Shown here piece after piece: positions 38,475 to 51,678 of a DNA stretch of 64,000 nucleotides; positions within the stretch are counted from its first letter, which is position 1; each line of letters begins with the position of its first letter. Both the position numbers and the translations under genes were made by a program. Below the pieces are notes generated by a model. The model did not search any database. It had not been told where the DNA came from and saw only the letters and a list, made by a program, of their open reading frames with translations. Origin of the DNA: Eledone cirrhosa (lineage: Eukaryota); contig OZ024742.1 in NCBI GenBank assembly GCA_964016885.1, positions 127,596,001 to 127,660,000 on the forward strand. The letters run 5' to 3'.

Positions 38475-41400
38475 CAGTGGATCAATAAGACAATAGGGGT
38501 AGTTAGAGTCAGTAACAGAATAATTAAGATTAGATTAGTTGTAGGCCATAGACTGCTGACAATTATCTCTACCTATGCTCCCCAAGTGGGCCTAGGTAAA
38601 GAAGAAAAGGACTGCTTTTACGAGCAACTTCTAGAGAACCACAATGACAGAGGACAGAGACCTAGTTATACTAGCAGGTGACTTCAATGGTCATGTTGGA
38701 CAGCTGCAGGATGGATACACTGGGGTTCATGGTGGTCATGGTTATGGCTCAAGAAACAAAGAAGGAGTGAGGCTTCTTGAATTTTGTGATGCAAGTGAAC
38801 TAACCATTTGCAGCACTAACTTCAAGGAACCTGCCAACCACCTAATAACCTACCAATCAGGTGAGCACATATGCCAGATTGACTTCTTGCTAGTTAGGTA
38901 ACGAGACAGACAGATGGTGTCAAATACTAAAGCATACCCAGGGAAGAATGTACCCCTCAACATAGGTTAGTCGTTAGTGACATCTTAATAAGAAAGAGAC
39001 AAAATGAGACACACAGGAAGGTGTGGAAAGAGAAGGTCTGGAAGCTAAAAGATCTTTCACTAAAATATAAATTTAGGAAAGCCCTTCAAGATGTGTATGA
39101 CGAAAAAGAAGACGAGTTAGAATCCTATGACATAATCTAATATAATCTAATCTAGCTGAGTTTACACTCACAAATAAGAAAAACCAGGGCCGCCCCTAGG
39201 AGCATTAGATTTGGTGTACCTCATATTTGTTTCGGTTGCTGAATACAATCAGAGTCGCTGCTTCTCCTGAAGGTCAATAGTTCTCTTCTAACTCGAGCAG
39301 GAGTGCCTTTCCATTGTCAATTTGCATTGATCATCTGCAAAGCCGCATTGTTCTCAGAACCACTACACCAGTCTTTCGATGAGTGCAGCTGGAACTACTG
39401 CCACCCATTGATTTGGCAGCTGAGTAAACTGGAGCAACATGAAATAAAGTGTCTTGATCAAGGACACAACACATTCCGGTCCGAGAATCAAATTCACAAC
39501 CTTTCTATTGCAAGCCCAATGCTCTAACCACTAAGCCATGGAATGGAGTTTAGTGAGGAATTCCAGATACAAGTAGGAGTGCATAAAGGATAACTGAAAG
39601 TTCTTACGTGACAACTTACTGCAGGCTACTGAAGAGACTTGTGGCTGGAGCAGAGCTCCAACCAGACAGAAGGTGACCTGGTGGTGGAACAGCACGGTAG
39701 ATAGAGCCATTAAAGACAAAAGAGTAGCATGGAAGGCTTGGAAAAATGGTGGGAGTAGAAACAGATACTCAGTCGCTAAAAGAGAGGCTAGACGTCAGGT
39801 GTACTTAGCACACAGTGAGGCTGAGAGTAGGAGGTCTGCCAATGTTCTCCGACGAGAAGATCAGAGACTTGTGGTGTTTCGCATTGCAAGGCAGTGTGTC
39901 AGTGTAAATCAGGATGTTGTTGGAGATAAGTAGTGTCTGAAATAATGCTGGTGCACTTAGTGTCACTGATGCTCAGAAAAAGGAGGCCTGGAAATGTCAT
40001 TACGAGAGACTGATGAATGTGGAGAACGAATGGGAGAGAGAGAGAAATTACCCCCCGGAGTCAGACAGAGGGACCAGCTATTGAGATTGACGACTATAGG
40101 GTCAAAGAGGCAATTAAGGAAATGAAAAGTGGTAATGCCACTGGACCGTCAGGGATAGTTGCTGAGATGATGAAAGCATCAGGAGAAGTAGGAACTAAAC
40201 TGGTTGCATACATCGTCAATCAGGCTATATATGTAAATTGATACAAAGGTAAAAGGGAGGCTCTGGAGAAGAGCAATTATAGGGGCATAAAACTGATGGA
40301 TCAGGTTCTGAAAGTGACAGAAAGAATGCTAGCGCAACTAATTAGAGAAAGGGTCAAATTATATGGAATGCAGTTTGGTTTTGTGCCTGGGAAAAGTACA
40401 ACAGATGCCCTACTCTTAGTGAAACAACTACAAGAGAGGTTCTTAGAGAAGAATAAGCCACTATACTTTTTTGTTGACCTAGAGAAGGCCTTTGATAGAG
40501 TACCCCGATCTGTTATTTGGTGGTTCCTAAGGAAACTAGGTGTAGAGGAATGGCTTGTGAGGACAGTGCAAGCTATGTACAGAGGTGCTGTCAGTAAAGT
40601 GAGAGTAGGAATGGAGTTTAGTGAGGAATTCCAGATACAAGTAGGAATGCATCAGGGTTCGGTCCTCAGCCCGCTCTTGTTCATTATAGTACTCCAAGCC
40701 ATAACAGAGGAGTTTGAGACTGGATGCCCATGGGAACTTCTCTATGATGATGATCTGGTACTTATAGCAGAATCAGTAGAGGAGCTAGTGAATAAATTCT
40801 GGCTATGGAAACAGCAGTTGGAATCAAGGGAACTGAGAGTGAACCTAGCTAAGACTAAAGTGTTGATAAGTAGGAAAGAGAACAATACTCTGATTCCAAC
40901 ATGTTCGATATGAAGAAAAGGAGTTGGCATAAATTCTATAGAATATACACAATGCAGATCTTGGGTACAAAAGAGATGTAGTGGAATAGCAGGCAAACTA
41001 ACAGGTAGGGAAAACTACATATGCAGTAGATGTTCAGGGAAATTTGACAGTAGAAGTTGCAGTGATAGACACATTTTTCAAATGCAAGTAGGATCTATAG
41101 AGGTGGTTGATAACTTCCGATACCTAGGTGATCAGATTAGCAAGGGAAGAGGGTGCTCTGAGGCCATAGTATCTAGAATAAGGATGGGTTGGAAGAAGTT
41201 TAGGGAGCTGCTTCCTCTGTTGACAAAGAAAGGTTTCTCTCTACGAATGAAAAGCTGGTTATATGATGCCTGTGTGAGATGCGTGATGCTGCATGGTAGT
41301 GAGACATGGGCAGCAACTGTGGAGGATATGTGAAGGCTGGAGAGAAATGAAGCAAGCATGCTCTGATGGATGTGCAATGTCAATGTGCATGAACGACCAA

Positions 41401-41730
41401 GCATAGATGAGTTGAGAGAGAAACTGTGTATAAGATGGATAGACTGTAGTGTGCGGGAGAGAAGACTGCATTGGTATGGATATGTGATGCACACGGAGGA
41501 TGACTGCTGGGTAAAGATGTGCCAAGAAATCCCAGTGGAAGGAAGAAACAGTAGAGACAGTAGAGGAAGACCACAAAAATCGTTGGCGGAGGTGGTGAGA
41601 GCTGACCACAGATCGCTGAAGCTCACAGAGGAAATGATGAAGGACTGTGATGAATGGAGAGATGCTGTGCTGAATAGGACCCATCCCACCCTTGCAAGCA
41701 GGGAAAAGCAGATGTATGATGATGATGATG
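38475..41730 (+). mobile_element. RTE LINE (APE-RT), degenerate, interrupted by a SINE
   Basis: YAPQ, GDFNGHVG, QFGFVPGKST, DLEKAFDRV, QGSVLSP motifs; (GAT)n tail. Confidence 0.92.
39135..39540 (-). mobile_element. tRNA/CORE-like SINE variant with a different body and (TAGAT)n tail
   Basis: Head matches 23026 and 34612 (ATGGCTTAGTGGTTAGAGCATTG...); 3' part unrelated; CATA flanking duplication. Confidence 0.7.
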
Positions 41731-42545
41731 ATATATATATATAAACTATGTTTATGTTGTTTATATAATAGATAAGTAATTCAACAAGAAATAAAAAAAA
41801 AAACAGCCCAGGCTGTTCATTATGGAATTGACATAAATAATGTAACATTAGAAAAAAATAAAAATGATTAAATGAAATAAAAAATGGAAAGGGATGGAAG
41901 AAAAAGAAACAAAGTGAATGAAGCAATGACGGAAAGGGAGAAAGAGATTCTTCACCCAGTCTGAGTGGTGATTTGGCTGTACCCTGCAGACAGTATGAAA
42001 GTGTGGCTGCAACAGCCACCCCACGGGGATCCTATACTAATATATACATTTAGATGATGGTCAATTATATACAGTGCAGCCTGTGACCACCCAGTAAACT
42101 CATTTATCCACTTGTAATTATGATTGAAAGAGGTACCAGACCGTCAGTTGCTAGAAAATTGGTGTTGTGTCACATTGACTGTTTATTGAATATTTACACT
42201 GAATATTTTTTACATTGAATTTCATGCATTGAATTAGAATATCTATTATAAATTGAACCTTATTTACTTTTAATATTAATTAATAATTAAAAGGTTTAGT
42301 CGTGGTAAGGACTGATTGCCTTGCCTACACACGTTCCTTCACCATTTATATCACCATCACCGTTTAACATCCATATTTCCATGCTAGTATGGGTTTGACA
42401 AGTTGTCCTGCTGTGAGACAAGTCAGATCAGATGACAGTGTCGTGCTCATATAGGACTGTTTCTGGATTTCTAAGGCTAGTTGCCCTTCCTAATGCCAAT
42501 ATATATATAAAAACACACACATATACCTATATATATATATATATA

Positions 42546-42915
42546 TATCATCAACGTTTAACGTCCGTGTTCCACGCTTGCATGGGTTTGGACGGGGGTT
42601 TTCCCACTTGAGGCAAGAGTGATTGTCTTGCTCGCATAGGACTGTCTGGCAGGTTTTCTACAGTTGGATGCCCTTCCTAACACCAACCACATTTACAGTG
42701 TGGGTCTGGGAGGTTTTTACCGTGTTGCCTACACGGCCACATTACAGCGTGGACTGTGTGTTTTTTTGTCGTGACACCTACACGATCTCATTTGTTTCGG
42801 CCTGGATGGTGTGGCACCAACATAACTTTACATAGAAGGGGGCGGTGTGGATGGGGTGGGGGTGGTGGGACGGGGGTGTATTTTGTTAGAGATGCCTACT
42901 GACTGTAGTAGGTTT
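42546..42915 (-). mobile_element. Short RTE 3'-end copy
   Basis: Highly similar to 43503-43880. Confidence 0.75.
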
Positions 42916-43029
42916 TACTTTAGGTTTAGTCGTGGTAAGGACTGATTGCCTTGCCTACACACGTTCCTTCACCATTTATATCACCATCACCGTTTAACAT
43001 CCATATATATATATATATATATATATATA

Positions 43030-43400
43030 TTTCTTTATTAGCCACAGGGGCACAAAAGAAGGGGACAAATACAAAGGGGGAAGTTTACATACAATAAAAA
43101 CGTGTAAAATGTTATCACAGATGGAATTTAAAAGTTAGTCGATTTTCCCCAATAGAGGGAGACAGTTTATATGGGTAACACAGACCCCCGAAAAAAATGT
43201 GCAACCCTCATCTCCAGGAGTACGAAGAGCTTGTACTCCTTTCCTCTCCTCCTCCTTTTCCTCAACCTACAGGCTGATATAGAGAGACGGCCCATTCACT
43301 CGGGCCATTCTCGCCACTTTCACCCACCTTTCATAAAACTTGCTGGGGTACAGCACCTCTCTCTCCATCCTGATTCTTCTTCCAAAGTGGTATTTGAGAT
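43030..43400 (-). mobile_element. 3' end of L1/Tx1-like LINE
   Basis: KYHFGRRIRMEREVLYPSKFYERWVKVARMARVNGPSLYISL*, then AATAAA and (TA)n; homologous to 340-720. Confidence 0.5.
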
Positions 43401-43502
43401 AGATAGATATATAAATAACATTACAAATCGTTTGCAATTCTTTCAGAATGAAAATATAAATAGAGCATATAAATAAATTTACAGTAGAATAACATAACAA
43501 AT

Positions 43503-46500
43503 ATCATCATCATCATCATCTCCATTTAACATCCATTTTCCCTGCTAGCATGGGTTAGACGGGAGTTGTCCCACTTGAGGCAAGGTTGGTCGGTATAGGA
43601 CTATCCGGCAGGTTTTCTACGGTTGGATGCCCTTCCTAACACCAACCACATTTACAGTGTGGAACTGGGAACTTTTTACCGTGTTACCTACACGGCCATA
43701 TTACAGCGTGTACTGTGTTTTTCCTCGTGGCACCTACACGATCTCGATCTCATTTATTTGGACTGGATGTTGTGGTACCAACTTTACAGAGAGAGGGTGG
43801 TGTTGGTGGAAGTAGGAGGATAGGGTTGGGGTAGTGGATTGGGGTGTATATTTGGTTAAGAGGTGCCTACTGACTGTAGGTTTCGCTATGTACATAGGCA
43901 AGGCGAGTCTTCTGTATTACTGTGTAGCACCAAAGATCTCGGTCCAGTGACATTGTCTTAGAGAGGTGCAAGTGTGTAAAGTCGGAATTTATCAGATCAT
44001 CCCAGGTTTTTCTGGGTCTACCTACTCCATAACTACCATCAATTTTGATCGCCCTGCACTTTTTTATACAGCTGTCATCTTTCATGCGCATCATGTGGCC
44101 ATACCAACGTAGTCTTCTCTCAAGTAAACAGCATCTGATCCATCTTATTCCTAATTGCTCACTTAGTTCATTTATGCTTTGCCGTTCACGTATATTACTA
44201 TTACACATCCAACGGAGCATGCATGCTTCGTTCCTTTCCAGTCTGCGCAGATCCTCTGAACGTAATGCCCATGTCTCGCTGCCATGTAGCATTGCTGTTC
44301 GTATACAAGCATCATACAATCTGCTTTCATTTTTAGAGAGAAACCTTTTGTGGCCAACAGCGGTATAAGCTCTCTGAACTTTTTCAATCCCATTCTGACT
44401 CTGGCTACTGTACTTTCAGAACACCCTCCACCACTGCTGATTTTGTCACCCAGGTAACGGAAAGTGTCTAGTATTTCTATAGAACCATCTGGGCAATAGA
44501 AGGAGCTAGTATCCTGTGGACACTTGCTACCTATTGCACCTGAGCATCGGCCATATATAAAGTCTATGTTCTTAGATAGTTTACCTGTGATCCCACTACA
44601 TCTTTTATGTACCCATACTTTGCATTTTGGACATAGAATTGAATTTCTGCCTACTCCTTTCCTACACACTGAGCATGGCCATTTCCCTGAGCGTACCTGT
44701 GCTTTATTTTCCTTTCTACAAACTAGGACTTTAGTCTTAGACAAGTTAACTTTAAGGCCTTTTGATTCTAGGCCATGCTTCCATGTTTGGAATTTCTTCT
44801 CTAGTTCAGTCATTGATTCAGCTATGAGCGTTAGATCATCTGCATATAGGAGTTCCCATGGGCAGCCGGTCTTGAGCTCCTCTGTTATAGCCTGAAGGGC
44901 AATAATAAATAGTAGGGGGCTAAGAACGGAGCCCTGATGAACACCAACTTTTACGCTAAACTCTTCACTATATTCGTTGTTAATTCTAACCTTGCTGACT
45001 GTTTCTTTATACATGGCTTGTATAGCTCTCACAAGCCATTCATCAACACCTAGTTTTCTAAGAGCCCACCAGATAATGGAGCAGGGGACTCTGTCAAAGG
45101 CTTTCTCCAGGTCTACAAAAGCTAAGTAGAGGGGTTTACTTTTAGCTAGGTACTTCTCTTGTAGTTGTCGTACAAGGAAAAGAGTATCTGTGGTACTTTT
45201 ACCTGACACAAACCCAAACTGCATTTCATCTAGATCAATTCGCTCTCTGATTAGTTGCGCTATAACTCTTTCTGTGACCTTCATGACCTGGTCAACTAAC
45301 TTAATGCCTCTATAGTTTCCCCTATCTAGAGCATCCCCTTTACCCTTGTAGCAGTTAATGATGCTGCTGCTACGCCAGTCTTTTGGTATGACCCCATTCT
45401 GTATTACTTGATTAACTATACGGGTGACCATAGTGTGTCCCACCATACCAGATGTCTTCAACAACTCAGCAACTATCTCCGAAGGCCCAGCTGCTTTGCC
45501 TGTCTTCATATCTTTGATTGCCTTACTTATTATACTACCTTTAACTTGCACTGCTGGTCCTTCTATTGGATCGATTTGGGGCAGACTATCTTTTTCCCAT
45601 TTATTCTCCTTATTTAATAGTCTCTCGTAGTGACACTTCCAGGCTATCTTCTTATCAGTATCTGTGAGGGCAAGTAAACCGTTATCATTACGGACGCACT
45701 CCTCCCCGACAATATTACGGTTTTCCTTGACACATTGTCTCGCAATCCTGAACACCTCACGTTTTTGGTCCTCACGTTGTAGAACATGCTTGAACTTTCT
45801 TTCCTCTGCTTCCCTTTTTGCAAGGTACACTTGCCTAGTTTCTCTTCTGGCCACTTGATAGTGCTCTCTACTTCCCCCATCCTGCCATACTTTCCAAGCC
45901 TGCTTTTTGGATTTGATTGTCTCTTCTACCCTACTGTTCCACCACCAAGTTACTCTCCTCCTGCCAATAGGTCTGCTCCAGCCACAGATTTCATCTGTTG
46001 CTTTCAGCAGGTTCACTTTCAAGAATTGCCACTATTCTTCTATATCGCACGTCTCTAATTGCTCTTCCTTATTGTCAAAGGCATCAAGTAATAAGCTTTT
46101 AAATTTATCACTGGCTATGGGGACCTTCAACTTCCATATTCTTCTCCTCAAGGTAGGCCTCCTCTGTCGTCGAGTACGTCTATTCCTGACTATGAAGTCA
46201 CTAACTACTAGGCTATGTTAGGAGGTGCATTCTTCACGGAGGAGGGATTTAGTGTTTACAACAGACACTTTGTCCCGTCTTCTAGTAAGGATATAGGTGA
46301 TCAAGTGGTTTTCACGTTTTTTGAAGTTTGTGTTACAGATAGTTAGGTTATTGGCGTCACAGAATTCCAGGATTCTGAAGCCTTCCTCATTTCTATTTCC
46401 AACCCCCATAGCCCCCATGGATTCCATCATAGCCATCTCAATGTTGTCCAACGTGGCCGTTTAGATCGCCAGCAATAATTAAGTAGTCGCTGTCGGTCAT

Positions 46501-46900
46501 TTGGGAGGTAGTGTGTATTAGCGTCTCATAGAACCTGTCCTTTATAACGTCAGGTAGACCAGATTGGGGTGCATAAGCAGATATTATTGTCACAGTAGTT
46601 CTATTTAGAACTAGCCTTATTTTAATTATTCTGTCATTTACTCTATTTACGTCAATTACCTTATCAATTACCCATTTTTCTGCTAACATAATTCCTACAC
46701 CGCCCTGTCTATTGTCATTTCCCACCCAGAAAAGTTTATAGCATCGTTTTTTACCCGCGATGAATCTGGCAGACCCCCCCCCCCCCCTCCACCTAGTCTT
46801 TTGAATACAACAAACATCAACTTCTTTATGTTCAAGCACCTCTACAACCTCATTTGAGCGACCTTTCAATGTGCCTATGTTCATGGTACCAACTCTGAAG
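43503..46900 (-). mobile_element. Near full-length RTE LINE (APE-RT) with a few frameshifts
   Basis: ORFs 46438..46884 (APE), 44172..46022 (RT: QFGF, DLEKAFD, GVHQGS, YADD) and 43867..44319; (GAT)n tail. Confidence 0.95.
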
Positions 46901-46949
46901 TTGGGAGGGTGGGATGGATGGGTTGGAGGGGCAGGGAGGGGTGATATGT

Positions 46950-47190
46950 TTTAAATATATTCATAAATAACATTACAAATGCTTAGATAACATTAGAAAT
47001 TGCTCATGATTCTTTCAGAAAGACATATTCTTTTAATGCTACAATATTAAAGAAAATGTAAAGGAAGGGGTGAAAAACGGAGCCAACACCAGAGCAAAAG
47101 ACAGCAGTGAGGGGTACTGGGCAACCTCTCTAATGATTTTTGAGGCAAGCCAGCGCACTCGCAGTGTTGCCTCGGATGATGGCGAGGTGC
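46950..47190 (-). mobile_element. CRE-like 3' fragment
   Basis: Matches 52495-52735. Confidence 0.75.
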
Positions 47191-47507
47191 ATACACACGT
47201 GTTAGGCGTGTAACAATAGTTACTCAATATTGTTACGAGGTCTGTTTTGTTAGGGTGTTACGACTGTAGTGTGCAGAGTGTAAATAGAATTAAAGGAGTT
47301 GAAGTCAGTGTTGCAACATATGTACAAACTTTATTTATATATTACAGTTGTTTCGATATTGTTCAGCTCAGGGTGATGGGGTCCGACACCTTTTTGACAT
47401 CTGCAAAGACACATCTAACCTCTGAGTTTAGACCCCGAGCTGATCAATATCAAAACAATTGTAATATGCCAATAAAGTTTGTACATATGCTGCAACACTG
47501 ACTTCGA

Positions 47508-47510
<3 letters not shown>
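47190..47510. mobile_element. Fold-back PLE-like terminal element with two hammerhead 3' half-sites
   Basis: Inverted arms 47296-47373 and 47433-47510, each carrying (G/A)AAA-CAAYTG-TA followed by AATAAA. Confidence 0.55.
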
Positions 47511-47543
<33 letters not shown>

Positions 47544-47569
47544 GTATATATACACACACACACACACAC

Positions 47570-50500
47570 AAAGCATATAAATAAATTTACAGTAGAATAA
47601 CATAAATATGTTTTAAATGTATACATAAATAACATTACAAATGCTTAAATAACATTATAATTTGCTCGCGATTCTTTCAGAAGGATATATTCCTTTAATG
47701 TTGCAATATTAAAGAACATGTAAAGGAAGGGGCTAATGTGCTGGAACAACCAAGTGCCATCGCGAGATTCGCCAGCTACCTCTATTAGGCGAGCCGCCAA
47801 TGAAGAGAGGAACCTCGCAATCAGCGGCCCGACATCCACAAACGCCTCGAAAGCCACAGGTTGAAAAATGTAGCTGGCCGACAGATCAGAGTATTTGAGG
47901 GTCTTACTCCGCTTGGCTGCGGAAGCTGTGACTCTCGTCCTAACCGCAGCATCCGGGATGTGGGAAGAAGCAAAAGAGTCACTAACAGTGACGTCCCAGA
48001 CAAGGCACCTGCCTCTCGACCAGGGGCACAGGGTAAGGCCGTCAGGTCTTTTGCTGTCACTTCTGGACAACCCAGATGGTTCTAAGATTGAGGGGATGTT
48101 CGCCCGGGCCAAAGCTCTCTTCAGAATGAGGTTTAGCTCCGTGTGACGCGCGAAGCGGCCGACATTTAGGCGGCAAGAAAGACCGTGGAGACCTGTGGAG
48201 TCGAGGAGTTTGCTGCATCGGCACCTCAAACCCATGCAGACATCAGCTCCCACTCTGAGGGCGATGGAGACACGAAGTTCGTCCAGGCTGAGTAGGTCAC
48301 CAACATTAGCCACGGGTAGGGCATCAATCCAATCGCCTGAGTATTTGGCGCTGGCAGATAGTAAGCGGCACCTTGCAAACTGATCTGACTGGACGAAGAG
48401 GGAGTCGAAGGTGGCCTTCGAACTTATGCTTTCCAAGTTCTCTGACTTCGACTGTCCTCCACCTTCTCAGGAAGAGACAAGCCCAACTCACTCCATTGCT
48501 GGAGAGCTTCACCCAACTCCCTGTTGGAACTAGTCCATGTTGGAGAGGAGAGGATGCTGCTCACCAGGGTGAAGCAAGCGTGGGTGGAGGAAAGGAAGCA
48601 GGGGAGAGAGAGAGACGAACACTTATGAAGACCAAGACCCCCAAATCACTTGGGCAACGCAGCCTGATCGCGGGACTCTGAAGAGAGTCTAACATTGACC
48701 AGGCACTCGAGTCTCTCGAAGATTAGGTCGTCGAAGTGTTGGAGGTAAGACGGAAATCTATGAGAGGGGCTGACCCTGAGCAGATACAGAAGCTGAGGAA
48801 TAGACAAGTAGTTCCTGAGTATGAAGAAACCTTGATGGGGTTCGATAACTTCGATATTCCTCAGCAGCTGCTCAAGGCCAACCATCTTCGATTGGAAGAT
48901 TGACTCGAAGGCCAGGTCTGTGATTGGGGCTCCTAAGGAGCACCAAGCCGACGGGGGAGGGACTGCGATAGAAGGGAAGGACTCTGCAAACAGGTCGATT
49001 AGCTGTTGGCATTGAGAAGCCGGGTGGTTGAGGATCCAGAGCTTACATTTGGAGCTATTGGCCTGGAGACCCCGGCGGCCAAGTTCCTCAACCATCTTGT
49101 TGGCAGTGGCGAGAACCATATCAGGAGTTCCCCCCAAACAGGCGTCGTCGAGGTACCAGACATTGAGGTCCAACTCAACCCCCATCTTGGTGACGTCATC
49201 AATGCCCAGTGCAAACAGAGCGGGCCCAAGTGGGTCACCCTGTTGGACTCCTGAGACAGAGGTGATGATTTGGTCACCGAAAGAGAGGTAGGAGGGCTCC
49301 CGATAAGCCTGCTAAGCAAAGTGGTAGAGTTGTGGGACCCTCTCTCCTACTGAGCCGAGGACAATGTCGCGGCTGACAGAGTTGAATGCATTCTTGAGGT
49401 CAAGTTTGAGGATGACCTTGGGGGACGAGGAGGGCAAGTTGGTAAATGCTCTGGTAACGTGGACAACAGCCTCACATCCCAACTTGGTACCCACTCCCAG
49501 TTGCATGGGGAAAATTCCTCCGCCAGTGAGTCGGAGACCAACAGCAAATACGCCTTTGCAGTGAGGCAGCAAAGGGTGCAGCCAACCGCAATGGGGTGCA
49601 GGCCCCCGTTGGCCTTGGTGAGACCAAATAGCTTCGCACCGAAGAAGAGCGGGTGGATGAACGGGAAAACGTTCACTGAAGAGAACTGATTCAGAAAATG
49701 AGTCAGACTCTCCAAGAGCTCGAGTCCGGCGTCACCGGCCGATAAGGAGATACCATCCTTGAGGTGTTGAGGACGAAGGCCGTCAATTCCCGCGCCTGAC
49801 CCAGTGGGGAAGGATGAAATCGTCTTTCTGATGATATCGGTGGTGTAAACTGGTCTCGAGTATTCTGGTGGTTTGGGCCAGTGTAGCTGATCATCTAGGG
49901 GTGCCGATGGGTGCTTCTCTTTCAGTTGCTCAAGAGAATCAGAGTTGCATGGAGCAAGGGAGGACAGAGAAGAGAGGAGATGGACAGCCCCTTTAATGTC
50001 AAATTCGCTGAATTTGGCATTGACCGCTCGCTTGAGGTCTACCAGTTGTCTGTTGGTGGACACCGGGCTTGATGTCGAACTGAGATGAGATGTGGTTGGG
50101 GGAGACTCAAACAGCTGGAACTGCCGCTGGAGAGAGGACATGGGGGAACCCGAATTCGCATTGTGCACGTGAAGAGAGATGAGAGGAAACAAAAACAATT
50201 CTTGCCAGTCAGGCCTATTGTTGGACGAGCAAACGTTTTTCAATAAATTAGAGAGGACACGTGCAAAGCTATTCCGAGCTCCCTTAGGGATCCGGTTAAC
50301 GAGCTTTGATTTGGAGAAGCCCTGGAGGGCTGTGGCAAAGTCCTCGTTAGAGAGTTGGTCATCGAAGTGTGGGGAATCCCTACGGAATACGTCGGAGCTG
50401 AAGTGGCACCGATTACAGGTCCAGTGTTGAAGCCTTTCGGCCAGAGCTTTGGTGATGCCGACACAGCTTCTGTGGTAGCTTGCATGGCATAGGTGACATT

Positions 50501-51240
50501 TAATTGTCTTTAAGTACCGGCTAGTGCGGGCACAGAGAGCGCAATCAGGTGGTGGGCTGGCAGCAGAGGGCCAGCGTTGGAATTCGGTGGAGGGAGTCAG
50601 TGAAGGAGGCAGTAGTGGTTCTAACGGTGGGACTAGAGCAGAGGTTGGGTGGTGAGCTAACAGTTGTAGGGATGGCATGGTTGGCCGGGTTGGATTCGTT
50701 CGGAATCTGCCGTGAAGAGGAGGAGGGAGTAGGTGGGGGCAAGTTGGCTCCTCTCGTGCGTGCCGAAGTTGGTGGAGAATGAGAGGTCGAAGGCTGACCG
50801 GTTGTCACATAGTCGTTCCACCATGCAGGTCTCTTGGTCGTTCGACGGATGCCACCGCCACCTAGAGTGGACTAGGTTAAAGTGGTGGCAACTTTATGAA
50901 TTGGCAATCGGCGGTGATAGTTCGGTCAAAACATCGGGCCGCCGACGGGTTGAATGAATACATAGGTGGGTTGTGCGCGAGGACGAAGTAAGGGGTGAGC
51001 AAAGGGAGGGATGGGAAGTGGAGAGAGTGCGTGGAGAGGAGTGTGGTCATGTGAGAGGCAGGTAAATACAGTGGGAGAGAAAGAGCACTGAACATGCAAA
51101 GAGAAGGAAAATAAAAACGCTAAAAGTACAAAATCTAAGGCTGTGAGTTTCTGTAATATTTCGCATGGGTAAATCCGCAGTAAAAACCGAAATTGTGAGT
51201 TTGTGTAAAAAAACACATGGGCAAGACTTCAGTAAAATCA
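47570..51240 (-). mobile_element. CRE-like non-LTR retrotransposon (PHD finger, RT, CCHC, restriction-like endonuclease), frameshifted
   Basis: GIDGLRPQHLKD, PIAVG, QLGVG, KLDLKNAFNSV, GVQQGDPLGP, WYLDD; C-terminal CRC...HGLSC, RHTELN, RPDG, DVTV; 5' boundary approximate. Confidence 0.85.
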
Positions 51241-51380
51241 AAGCCTGAATGATAGTGATACAAGATGTTTACAGAGTGATTACATTACTGGTCCTGAATT
51301 CTATCAAGTGGTCAAAGCTTCTAATTCTGTGAAATAGAATGGAAGTATGGATTGACCTTTCAGTCACACCTGACTATATA

Positions 51381-51550
51381 TACATCAGAGTTGGGATTTA
51401 GATACACACATACACACGATATATATATATGTTTATATACACACACATACGTGTATATAAACATATATATATATATATCGTTTGTATGTGTGTATCTAAA
51501 CCCCAACTCTCTGATGTATATATATATATATACATCAGAGAGCTGATGTA
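51381..51550. repeat. Fold-back hairpins within (TA)n
   Basis: TACATCAGAG-TTGGGATTTAGATACAC... is inverted at ...GTGTATCTAAACCCCAACTCTCTGATGTA; second mini-hairpin at 51531-51550. Confidence 0.85.
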
Positions 51551-51607
51551 TATATATATATATATATATAAGATATAAGATCAAAAGATGGTTAAAAGAG
51601 TTCCATG

Positions 51608-51678
51608 TATTTTATTATGCGCATTTCGAAAACAAATATCATCATGCAATAACATTTGTGTTTTCATCAGATAAAATA
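51608..51678 (-). ncRNA. Type-I hammerhead motif (family D)
   Basis: Minus strand UAUUUUAU-CUGAUGA-aaacACAAAUGUUAU ugcaug AUGAUAUUUGUuuuc-GAAA-UGCGCA-UA-AUAAAAUA; palindromic stem III. Confidence 0.75.
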
